Source of the DNA: a virus
Taxonomy: Duplodnaviria; Caudoviricetes
Strand: one strand, 5' to 3'
IMG/VR virus record: IMGVR_UViG_3300012200_000062
Location: 1 to 24,308 of that record
DNA length: 24,308 bases
In this document: positions 1 through 7,436 of the stretch, piece after piece
Layout: each line of letters begins with the position of its first letter
Numbering within the stretch: the first letter of the stretch is position 1
The notes under the pieces: model-generated
Seen by the model: the letters and a program-made list of their open reading frames with translations, nothing else
Database searches by the model: none
Told to the model about the DNA's origin: nothing
Program-made: the position numbers and the translations under genes

Positions 1-22
1 CCGAAGGCTAAGGAGAAAAGAC

Positions 23-766
23 TTGGAAGAGACTGTTAATATCAACGAAGTTGTGGTCGAAAATAGAATGCGCCGCGATTTGGGAGATATTGAACAGCTC
101 TCCAAGTCTATCTCTGAAAATGGTTTGATCCAACCTATCGTCTTGGTCACGTTTCGAGAAAACGACCTTACTCACGTAAAACTCGTAGCCGGTCACCGAA
201 GGCTAGAAGCCTTAAAGAAACTCAAGGTAGCCGAATTAGAACACGGAGTCCACTTCCTCTGGAGAGACGATCTCGCCACAGATGAGTATCGACGAAACGC
301 CGTCGAGCTAGAAGAGAATTTAAGAAGAAAGAATATGACCTGGTCAGAGGAAGTTCTGGGCAAACAACGTTTATTAGAGGTCTATCAGAGAATTTATGGC
401 CCTCCTACCTCCGGTAGACCGACAGGTGCCGTCGATTCCAGAAACTACGTAGATCCTAAAAACACCGGGTTCGGTGTTAGAAAACTAGCCGAATTATTAA
501 ACGAAAACGTCTCCACGACGAGTCAAGACCTCGAAATGGCAGCCTTAGTATCCAAGATTCCTATTCTCGCCAAAGAATCTAGCCGCGAAGCTGCCAGAGG
601 CAGGCTTGTCCTTGCATTGAAAATACAATCCGGCATAGCCGGTCCGCATATAGCGAAGCCTTTAGCTTATAAAATACTCGTAGAATGCGAATCGGAACAA
701 CATCAAATAGCTTTGCTAACGCAGTTCCGCTCTGCGGGACTTAAATGTCAGGCGATTGTGGCATAG
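23..766 (+). CDS. ParB/Srx-like N-terminal domain protein
   Basis: LSKSISENGLIQPIVL...LVAGHRRLEALKKL...ELEENLRRKNMT matches ParB boxes (GxRR, EN). TTG start follows AAGGAG at 10-15. Small C-terminal domain YKILVECESEQHQ...GLKC. Confidence 0.82.
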   Translation: MEETVNINEVVVENRMRRDLGDIEQLSKSISENGLIQPIVLVTFRENDLTHVKLVAGHRRLEALKKLKVAELEHGVHFLWRDDLATDEYRRNAVELEENLRRKNMTWSEEVLGKQRLLEVYQRIYGPPTSGRPTGAVDSRNYVDPKNTGFGVRKLAELLNENVSTTSQDLEMAALVSKIPILAKESSREAARGRLVLALKIQSGIAGPHIAKPLAYKILVECESEQHQIALLTQFRSAGLKCQAIVA

Positions 767-767
767 C

Positions 768-2249
768 ATGAAAATTAACATACATAAAGAAGTGGAAATC
801 GAATCTACGATCCGAACCGAGCTTCTTAGCTCGATGTTCGAGGTCCCCGCGAAGCAAAAACTTTCCGTCTCGCTTACCGGCGACCTCCCGCTAGACGACA
901 AGCCTTGGAATATAGGTTTGATAGTAGGACCCTCCGGATCAGGAAAGACACTGGTGCTAAATGAAACTTTCGGTGTTCCACAGCCGCTTGAATGGAGCAA
1001 ACGGTCTGTCATTGACGATTTTTCTGAACTTCTCTCCATGGAAGACATATCACGTGTCTGCCAATCGGTTGGATTCAATACTATCCCTTCCTGGCTACGC
1101 CCTTATTCTGTACTCAGTAATGGTGAGAGATTCCGAGTCGAGACGGCCCGTCATTTACTTGGTAACGGGAATCCTGTGGTTATTGATGAGTTTACCTCTG
1201 TGGTGGATCGGCAAGTCGCTCAATTTGCTTGTCATTCTATCCAACGATACGTTAGAGAAAGGAAAAAACGACTTGTTGTAGCAAGCTGCCACTACGATAT
1301 CATAGATTGGCTCCAGCCAGATTGGATCCTTGAGCCCGGCAATCCATGCCGCTTTACCTGGAGGTCCCTTCGGGCAAGACCACCAATTACAGTCGCAGTA
1401 TCAAGAGTCAAATACGAAACTTGGCAATTATTCAAAGAATTTCACTATATGAGTCAAGACTTAAACAAAGCTGCGAGGTGTTATGGCTTATTCGTCAAAT
1501 CCGCAGAACGCACCGATGGGTTGGGTATCGGATTATATGACGATGACCTTTACTCACCGAAAGACGAAAATAAAAGTAACCTGGTGTATGGTACAGGATC
1601 ACGGTTTTCCACCACCGGATATCATGGAAGCGGCGGAGACGGAGCCGAAGGTAGTCGATTATTGGTACGAACTGGAAGAAGCGAAGCAGGGCATGGATAT
1701 CTTGAAGATAAATCAGCTAGACGCTATGATTCAGATGACACTTCAGGCGTCATTAGTACGAAAAACCTCCACAATGAGTTGGCACACGGGAACGAGATTT
1801 CCTCAGTCTCTAGTCGACCTATCGGATCTTCTACAAAAATCCCTAAAACCGAAGGTTCCTATCGAATTGCTTCTATGTGTGGAGTCCTTTATCGTCCGCA
1901 TCCCAAAGTATCAGATATATGTGGTTTCACTAGAATGGTTACATTGCCGGACTTCCAAGGACTCGGATTGGCTTTCGTGCTCGCTTGTAAAGTCGCCTCA
2001 GCCTATAAAGCTGTGGGAAAAAGACTTCATTCTTACCCAAATCATCCCGCCTGGATTCGATCCTATCAACGAAGTAGCTTGTGGATGCAAGTTAAAGATA
2101 GTGGGTCCTATAGTCCCAAACGAGGTTCCACAAGTACGGTTGGAGGATTTGGCGGTAAGAGATGTGCCGTTTTTATGTTTACAGGACCTTCGATGAGCGA
2201 AGACGAAGCGAGGAAATTGATTTATGGCGATGATACGAACGGCTCTTGA
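768..2249 (+). CDS. Soluble ABC-type ATPase fused to a GNAT acetyltransferase, with a ~120-aa low-complexity insert
   Basis: Walker A GPSGSGKT, signature LSNGE, Walker B VVIDEF, H-loop ASCH. GNAT part FKEFHYM...RMVTLPDFQGLGLA (acetyl-CoA motif A). ATG 768 lies 1 nt after the ParB stop and is preferred over the track start at 756. Confidence 0.85.
   Translation: MKINIHKEVEIESTIRTELLSSMFEVPAKQKLSVSLTGDLPLDDKPWNIGLIVGPSGSGKTLVLNETFGVPQPLEWSKRSVIDDFSELLSMEDISRVCQSVGFNTIPSWLRPYSVLSNGERFRVETARHLLGNGNPVVIDEFTSVVDRQVAQFACHSIQRYVRERKKRLVVASCHYDIIDWLQPDWILEPGNPCRFTWRSLRARPPITVAVSRVKYETWQLFKEFHYMSQDLNKAARCYGLFVKSAERTDGLGIGLYDDDLYSPKDENKSNLVYGTGSRFSTTGYHGSGGDGAEGSRLLVRTGRSEAGHGYLEDKSARRYDSDDTSGVISTKNLHNELAHGNEISSVSSRPIGSSTKIPKTEGSYRIASMCGVLYRPHPKVSDICGFTRMVTLPDFQGLGLAFVLACKVASAYKAVGKRLHSYPNHPAWIRSYQRSSLWMQVKDSGSYSPKRGSTSTVGGFGGKRCAVFMFTGPSMSEDEARKLIYGDDTNGS
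1483..2196 (+). CDS. Candidate nested (+1 frame) gene inside the ABC-GNAT gene
   Basis: 237 stop-free codons beginning where the GNAT insert begins. The first ~125 aa have globular-protein-like composition. GAGGTG lies 2 nt before the ATG (short spacing); alternative ATGs at 1516 and 1537. Confidence 0.4.
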   Translation: MAYSSNPQNAPMGWVSDYMTMTFTHRKTKIKVTWCMVQDHGFPPPDIMEAAETEPKVVDYWYELEEAKQGMDILKINQLDAMIQMTLQASLVRKTSTMSWHTGTRFPQSLVDLSDLLQKSLKPKVPIELLLCVESFIVRIPKYQIYVVSLEWLHCRTSKDSDWLSCSLVKSPQPIKLWEKDFILTQIIPPGFDPINEVACGCKLKIVGPIVPNEVPQVRLEDLAVRDVPFLCLQDLR

Positions 2250-2580
2250 AATTCTACTCTCGAAAGGAGTAAGAAAAGAAAACGGCTGCTTAGAATGGCC
2301 GTTTGCCAGAAACAAACAAGGCTACGGAAGATTTCTATTTAGAAAGAAAATAAGAAGCGTTCATCGAGTGGCTAAGTTTCTGGTAGAGCCATTTGACCTC
2401 GATAACACGAAAATTAAAATTTTACATAGATGTAACAATCCTCCGTGTTTCGATCCAGAACATCTTATCAAAGGTACACAAAGCAGAAATATAATGATGG
2501 CTCATGTTCACGGAAGAAGAGAATGCTGGAAAACTACACCAAGGGATTCTAAAGGGAGGTTCTCCAAAGATGGCGATTAG
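2224..2580 (+). CDS. HNH endonuclease (phage homing-endonuclease type)
   Basis: CLEW...GYG...HRV...LHRCNNPPCFDPEHL..GT..RN pattern; overlaps the end of the ABC-GNAT gene. Confidence 0.87.
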   Translation: MAMIRTALEILLSKGVRKENGCLEWPFARNKQGYGRFLFRKKIRSVHRVAKFLVEPFDLDNTKIKILHRCNNPPCFDPEHLIKGTQSRNIMMAHVHGRRECWKTTPRDSKGRFSKDGD

Positions 2581-2827
2581 ATTAACAGGCGCTCAAGTAA
2601 GTAAAATCAAAGAAGCCATAAACCGTTTTGAAGACAATACGAGAAGATTCGATTTTCCTCCAAGTGGACATATACCTATTCATAGAGGAATAGAAGAATT
2701 AGTCGAAGATATCCTGCTAATAGCAACACCTCTTCCACCAATGTGGTTAGTAAACGAAAAAGGAGATATATGTCCCATAAATACACTCCCAACACAGAAC
2801 GCGCGGCTGAATGCCAAAGACTCATAG
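2570..2827 (+). CDS. Hypothetical protein (85 aa)
   Basis: ATG 2570 follows GGAGGT and is in frame with track ORF 2504..2827; fills the operon gap. Confidence 0.6.
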   Translation: MAIRLTGAQVSKIKEAINRFEDNTRRFDFPPSGHIPIHRGIEELVEDILLIATPLPPMWLVNEKGDICPINTLPTQNARLNAKDS

Positions 2828-2982
2828 AAGAACTGCGTTCTTTCTACGAGGAACTGAATGAATGGGAAAAGAAGTTCGTCACCGATATCGACGAACGTCT
2901 TACCAAATACGGAGAGGGGACGTTTATAACGGACACTCAGTATGGTAAACTCACAGAAATCTACCAGCGTATCATCGGTTAG
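2770..2982 (+). CDS. Hypothetical small helical phage protein (70 aa)
   Basis: AAGGAGATAT-ATG start at 2770; amphipathic sequence LNEWEKKFVTDIDERL...QYGKLTEIY. Confidence 0.75.
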   Translation: MSHKYTPNTERAAECQRLIEELRSFYEELNEWEKKFVTDIDERLTKYGEGTFITDTQYGKLTEIYQRIIG

Positions 2983-4135
2983 TGCTGACATAACTCTGCG
3001 TCAGGCACTAGCCTTGAAGGGACTTCGGTATGTGGGGACAAGAGGCAATACTAACTCGCGCGTTTGTATTCTTGGAGAAGCTCCTGGGGAGAAAGAAGAC
3101 GCTAAAGGTCTTCCTTTTATTGGCCCGTCCGGTTATCTTCTCGATAAGATGCTCAACGAGGCTGGCTTTATGGCTAACGAAGTTTGGTTTACAAACCCGT
3201 TCAAAACTCGTCCACCGGATAACAAGTTGGATCGTCTCCATGAACTTGGCATTCCTACGCAGTTATTTCTTAACCAGTTTTTTGAGGAAATTGGAAGATA
3301 CCATCCTACAATTATAATTTCCTGCGGCAAAACACCTACGAACCTATTATGTCCGTTTACAAAACCGACTCGTGTTATCAAAAAGCAAGACGAAAAGAAA
3401 GATGGATTCGGTCACTGGCGTGGTTCTTTACTAACGAGTCCTTTGTTAAATTGGCCTCACTTCGTGATTCCAATGTATCACCCCGCGTTCGTGCTACGTC
3501 AGTATTCTGAAAGAGAAATATGTATATTCATTTTGAATCGGGCATACGAAGAGTATACCTACTTTCGTCAAAGAAAGACTTTACAGCCTTTACCAATCCG
3601 AAATATCATAACGAGTCCTTCCTTCGTAGATGCTTGTCATTTCCTTCAGCGTTGTATAGATTCACCAAATCCTATTTCCATAGATATAGAGTTACTTCGG
3701 AGGAAAGTACCATACACAATCTCATTTGCTACGTCACCGCAGGAAGCGATTTCCTTATCCTTCTGGAACTATCTTCCAAATGAACTTATAATTCTATGGA
3801 GAATGATGGATGAGATATTGGCAACGAAGAAAATTGTGGGACAAAATTTTCAGAGCTTCGATAGTCATTGGTTGCGCGCTCTTGGTTTTACTGTTAACCT
3901 CGAAAATGCTGAGGATACTTTAGTCTTACACCATTGCTTGTGGCCTGGACTCCGACATAAACTAGAATTTATCGGGATGCAGTATACTAGACAGCCATAC
4001 TGGAAAGAAGAGGGCCATAGCTGGAGTCCGAAGGCAGGTATTGACAAATTGATGAATTATAATTGTCTTGATACAATGGTAACCTACGAGGCATATCTCG
4101 CTATGAAACAGGAGCTCAATGAACGAAGTGCTTAG
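2942..4135 (+). CDS. Family-4-like uracil-DNA glycosylase domain fused to a DEDDy 3'-5' exonuclease (N-terminal half of an SPO1-type PolA)
   Basis: UDG motifs GEAPG..ED..G.PFIGPSG..LDKML, N..KTRPPDN and YHPA. ExoI DIE, ExoII NFQSFD, ExoIII YNCLD. Start codon uncertain. Confidence 0.9.
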   Translation: MVNSQKSTSVSSVSADITLRQALALKGLRYVGTRGNTNSRVCILGEAPGEKEDAKGLPFIGPSGYLLDKMLNEAGFMANEVWFTNPFKTRPPDNKLDRLHELGIPTQLFLNQFFEEIGRYHPTIIISCGKTPTNLLCPFTKPTRVIKKQDEKKDGFGHWRGSLLTSPLLNWPHFVIPMYHPAFVLRQYSEREICIFILNRAYEEYTYFRQRKTLQPLPIRNIITSPSFVDACHFLQRCIDSPNPISIDIELLRRKVPYTISFATSPQEAISLSFWNYLPNELIILWRMMDEILATKKIVGQNFQSFDSHWLRALGFTVNLENAEDTLVLHHCLWPGLRHKLEFIGMQYTRQPYWKEEGHSWSPKAGIDKLMNYNCLDTMVTYEAYLAMKQELNERSA

Positions 4136-4508
4136 GTTTTGGAGACAGGTTTATAAAACCCCTGAATGCTGGCTTTGGAAAGGTGTAAAAAATCGATCTG
4201 GGCACGGAAGATTTTGGCTACCTACCAGATTCGTGATGGCTCATGTATGGTCTTGGAAACAAGTGAATGGCCCCGTACCAAATAACAAAGAACTTCATCA
4301 TAAATGTGAAAATCCTTCTTGTGTAAGACCCGAACATTTGGAGCCTAAAACTAGAAAAGAGCATTGTCAGGAACATATGAAGAATCGTTTGTTCTGTAGA
4401 AGAGGTCATGAGTACTCGAAGGTCGGAACTTATCTTGACGGAGATGGAAGGAGGCACTGCAAAGAATGTCTGAAACGAAGCGGTCATTACAGAAAAATAG
4501 TTCAATAA
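4119..4508 (+). CDS. HNH endonuclease with C-terminal Zn-finger
   Basis: RFW..V...ECWLW.G....GHG.F...AH...LHHKCENPSCVRPEHLE; C-terminal CRRGH...CKEC. AGGAG RBS lies inside the end of the exonuclease gene. Confidence 0.9.
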   Translation: MNEVLRFWRQVYKTPECWLWKGVKNRSGHGRFWLPTRFVMAHVWSWKQVNGPVPNNKELHHKCENPSCVRPEHLEPKTRKEHCQEHMKNRLFCRRGHEYSKVGTYLDGDGRRHCKECLKRSGHYRKIVQ

Positions 4509-4834
4509 AAAACAACACACCTCCGCGGCTTGATCTAGAAACCGAACTACGCTTTGAATCTGGCGTAACGAGAGCCATGCTTTCTGGTCTCATTAGACAT
4601 ACTATCCGCCTAGGAAAGCGCAAGTTCGCTCCGAGAATTACTATACACGGATATCCAGCCGCCGTTCATTGGTGTAAACATACTACGTTGTTGCATACAG
4701 ACCTGCAATTATTATCTATGGAATTCAAATGGAAAACCATGTTTAGCGCCCTTTTCGAGCTACAGCAGTATTATCCTGGCATAACAATCAACGATACCAT
4801 TACTATAGTAGAATACAGGTTACTTATTTCATAA
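4466..4834 (+). CDS. ASCH/PUA-like domain protein (putative)
   Basis: LRF...MLSGLIRHTIRLG resembles the ASCH GxKxxTxR motif with K replaced by I. C-terminal LQQYYPGITINDTITIVEY resembles the ASCH ending. Stop overlaps the polymerase start (TAATG). Confidence 0.6.
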   Translation: MSETKRSLQKNSSIKNNTPPRLDLETELRFESGVTRAMLSGLIRHTIRLGKRKFAPRITIHGYPAAVHWCKHTTLLHTDLQLLSMEFKWKTMFSALFELQQYYPGITINDTITIVEYRLLIS

Positions 4835-6330
4835 TGCCTTTATTTAAAAATCTCGAAGATTTTTATACGAAGTACGAGATGCCCTTGGCACGGGTCTTTC
4901 ATGAAATCGACAGACGTGGCGTTCTGGTGGATCAGCTTCGTTTAAGTAATTTCATTAAGCACCTCGACACGGAGTTAGAAAATGCCTGCCAAAAAATCGA
5001 AAAAGAAGTCGGAATGTCAGTTATTCCTAAGCAGCCCAGAGGAACTAAGAGTGTGGCTACGGTTCTTAATCTCTCTTCCGTCCCGCAGCTTAAAGATATA
5101 CTTAAAAACCGTCTTAAAATCTCTCTAAAAAAAGACTGGAAAACAAAGGAGGAATCCACTGGAGAAGAGGCACTTAATGAAGCATACGCCAAGACGGGGA
5201 ATCCTGTTCTTAAAGAAATACTTCGAGTCCGCGAGCTTAATAAAATTCGTGGAACCTACGCCGAAGCAACTTTATTAGATTCCGTCCTATATACCTCATA
5301 CGCAGTCACAGGAACTGTTACTGGACGGCGATCTAGCCGTGAGACTATTTTCACGTCCGAAACAGGACATGCTATCGGAACGAATGTTCAAAATCTGCCT
5401 AAACAAAGCGAATTAGGTAAGAGGTTCCGAGAATGCATCGTCGCCAGACCTGGCAAAATATTCGTCTCATGCGACCAGGTTCAAGCCGAAGACTGGATCG
5501 TATGCGGTATTATTGCAGACGTATCCGGGAACTGTGATGGTCTTAATGAACTACGGAATAGGATAGACAGACATAAAAGACTAGCAATGCAAATTTTCCA
5601 GAAGCCCGAATCCGAATGCGGTAAGGGCACTATGTTTCGTTTTATGGGCAAAAAGACGAGACATGCCTATAACTATGGAATGAAAGCCGCCAAGATGGCC
5701 GTCGAACTGGCGAAAGAAGGCTTTAGCCTCGGAGAAAAATACTGCGCGACACTTTTAGAAAGGGTGGCCTTCTATGAACCTGAGATACGAAATAGTTTCC
5801 AAAACTGGATTGAAGATAACATTAGACGTACAAGAACCCTACGAACACCTATCGGCAGAGAACGCTACTTCTTTGGCCTCCGACCTGACGCAGATAACAG
5901 CAAGATATTTAAAGAGGCATTTTCTTATATACCCCAATCTACCGTCGGAGATAACACCGGACTGGCCGTGCTTGTCTGTGAAAGCATTCAACCCGGATGG
6001 GTCATCATGGACACGCATGACGCAATTTCCTGTGAAGTCCCTGATAACGAGGAGACTATCTTTAGTTGCATTAGACTGATGGAAAAAGCATTTGACAGAA
6101 CGATCACCTTCCCAAACGGAACCCAAATAAAAATCCCAGTCGAATTTGAAATCGGTTACGATCTAAGAGACGAAGATTCAAAGGGCAAATTCTCTAAGGG
6201 GTTTGATCCTCGAAAATGCGCCGATGTAAGAACTGGGTTGCGGAGTATATTGGACTTGTTGCACCAAGCTCGGAGTCCCCACTTAGCTTTATCTTCTGGA
6301 CTGCCGCCACAGCCCTTAGCACAGTCCTAA
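4834..6330 (+). CDS. polA: DNA polymerase family A, polymerase domain only (C-terminal half)
   Basis: EMPL...RGVLVD, TVTGRRSS, NVQNLP, motif A SCDQVQAE, motif B RFMGKKTRHAYNYG, RTPIGRER, PQSTVGD, motif C THDA. Confidence 0.93.
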   Translation: MPLFKNLEDFYTKYEMPLARVFHEIDRRGVLVDQLRLSNFIKHLDTELENACQKIEKEVGMSVIPKQPRGTKSVATVLNLSSVPQLKDILKNRLKISLKKDWKTKEESTGEEALNEAYAKTGNPVLKEILRVRELNKIRGTYAEATLLDSVLYTSYAVTGTVTGRRSSRETIFTSETGHAIGTNVQNLPKQSELGKRFRECIVARPGKIFVSCDQVQAEDWIVCGIIADVSGNCDGLNELRNRIDRHKRLAMQIFQKPESECGKGTMFRFMGKKTRHAYNYGMKAAKMAVELAKEGFSLGEKYCATLLERVAFYEPEIRNSFQNWIEDNIRRTRTLRTPIGRERYFFGLRPDADNSKIFKEAFSYIPQSTVGDNTGLAVLVCESIQPGWVIMDTHDAISCEVPDNEETIFSCIRLMEKAFDRTITFPNGTQIKIPVEFEIGYDLRDEDSKGKFSKGFDPRKCADVRTGLRSILDLLHQARSPHLALSSGLPPQPLAQS

Positions 6331-7436
6331 AGAGAAATGTTTATGTAGGAAGGGGAACTTATCGTTTGTATCCGAACTTATATACTATTCTTGTGGGCCG
6401 ACCAGGAATAGGAAAAGGGACAGCGATTAAACCTGCGATTAATTTAATGAAAGAAGCGAAAGTTGCCAATTTTCTCTCCGGCCGTATTACCATAGAATAC
6501 GTTTTAGAACGTCTATCCGTAGGATGGCCTCAGCCTATGCTAGGCGGTACTATGAAGGTAGGGAATGAATCTGCGTGTTTAATCTTCTCAACCGAACTTT
6601 CAGTTTTTCTAACAGCCTCAGCCAATACTCTACCAATTCTCTGCGACATATGGGACTTCGATGAAGGAGAGTTCGAATATGGAACTAGACATAAAGGTGA
6701 GTTTCGTATTAAGAATCCGTGCATTTCACTTCTCGGAGGGTCTACTCAGGAGTGGCTTATCTCCTCGATCCCTTCGTCAGCCGTCGGGGGAGGTTTCACT
6801 AGAAGAGTTAATTTTGTGGTTGCAAACGATAGAGAAAGACTATTACCATGGCCTACTGTCCAAAACCATACCGCGATTAGAGATAATTTAATCCTTGATC
6901 TCCAATCTATTTCTCGCCTACGAGGCGAATATACATTCTCCAAAGACGTCCGACCTCTCTTTGAGAGTTGTTACTCCGTAGACAGCAGCCCTACGGAATA
7001 CGACGACCAAGCGACTACTTCGTATAAAACGAGTTTATGGGCCCAAGTTGTCAAGATGGCTATTTGCATGAGCGCCGCTAGGGGCGATGATATGATTATA
7101 AATAAGGAGGACTTTCAAAAATCTCATGACGCGATTATGACTGTAGCTGGTAATGTACCGAAGGTCTTTAGAGGTGTCGGTGAATCCGAGTTCGCCGTTG
7201 TCACCGATAAACTTCTTAGATTTCTAGAATCCAAAGGATTCGCTAATCGCAAAGAAATAACGAAAGCCCTTTGGAGAGATGCGACGCTCGATGAAATAGA
7301 TAAGATTATAGCGACGCTTCTCGAAGGCGCCGTCATATACGAATATCAACAGGGTCGAAGTACCATGTACGCAGTTAAACAAAACTACGCGGTCGGCGGA
7401 CAGCCGGCTAGAAAGGCTAAAGGTGTAACTCCGTGA
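6216..7436 (+). CDS. DUF3987/YfjI-like P-loop ATPase, probable replicative helicase-type protein
   Basis: ESP..F..W...ALS.VL.R...YPNLYTILVGRPGIGKG (Walker A), NPCISLLGGST, GGFTRR; probable C-terminal winged helix. Lies directly after PolA. Confidence 0.72.
   Translation: MRRCKNWVAEYIGLVAPSSESPLSFIFWTAATALSTVLKRNVYVGRGTYRLYPNLYTILVGRPGIGKGTAIKPAINLMKEAKVANFLSGRITIEYVLERLSVGWPQPMLGGTMKVGNESACLIFSTELSVFLTASANTLPILCDIWDFDEGEFEYGTRHKGEFRIKNPCISLLGGSTQEWLISSIPSSAVGGGFTRRVNFVVANDRERLLPWPTVQNHTAIRDNLILDLQSISRLRGEYTFSKDVRPLFESCYSVDSSPTEYDDQATTSYKTSLWAQVVKMAICMSAARGDDMIINKEDFQKSHDAIMTVAGNVPKVFRGVGESEFAVVTDKLLRFLESKGFANRKEITKALWRDATLDEIDKIIATLLEGAVIYEYQQGRSTMYAVKQNYAVGGQPARKAKGVTP

Noticed and set aside
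768-1370. ABC transporter subunit
   Set aside because: No permease or binding-protein gene; fused to a GNAT in a phage DNA-metabolism operon.
1497-1860. Intein or self-splicing intron as the explanation for the GNAT insert
   Set aside because: No intein N-terminal block or terminal HN-C/S/T (the only HN is followed by E), and no recognisable intron core.
4121-4836. Group I intron in the polymerase, as in SPO1
   Set aside because: The interval is fully occupied by two ORFs and no P7-type conserved elements were seen by eye. The polymerase half has its own coupled start. Not excluded without a covariance search.
961-6891. +1 frame ORFs at 961, 3030, 5774 and 6661
   Set aside because: They lie wholly over conserved domains with no matching insert; treated as background for judging the 1483-2196 ORF.
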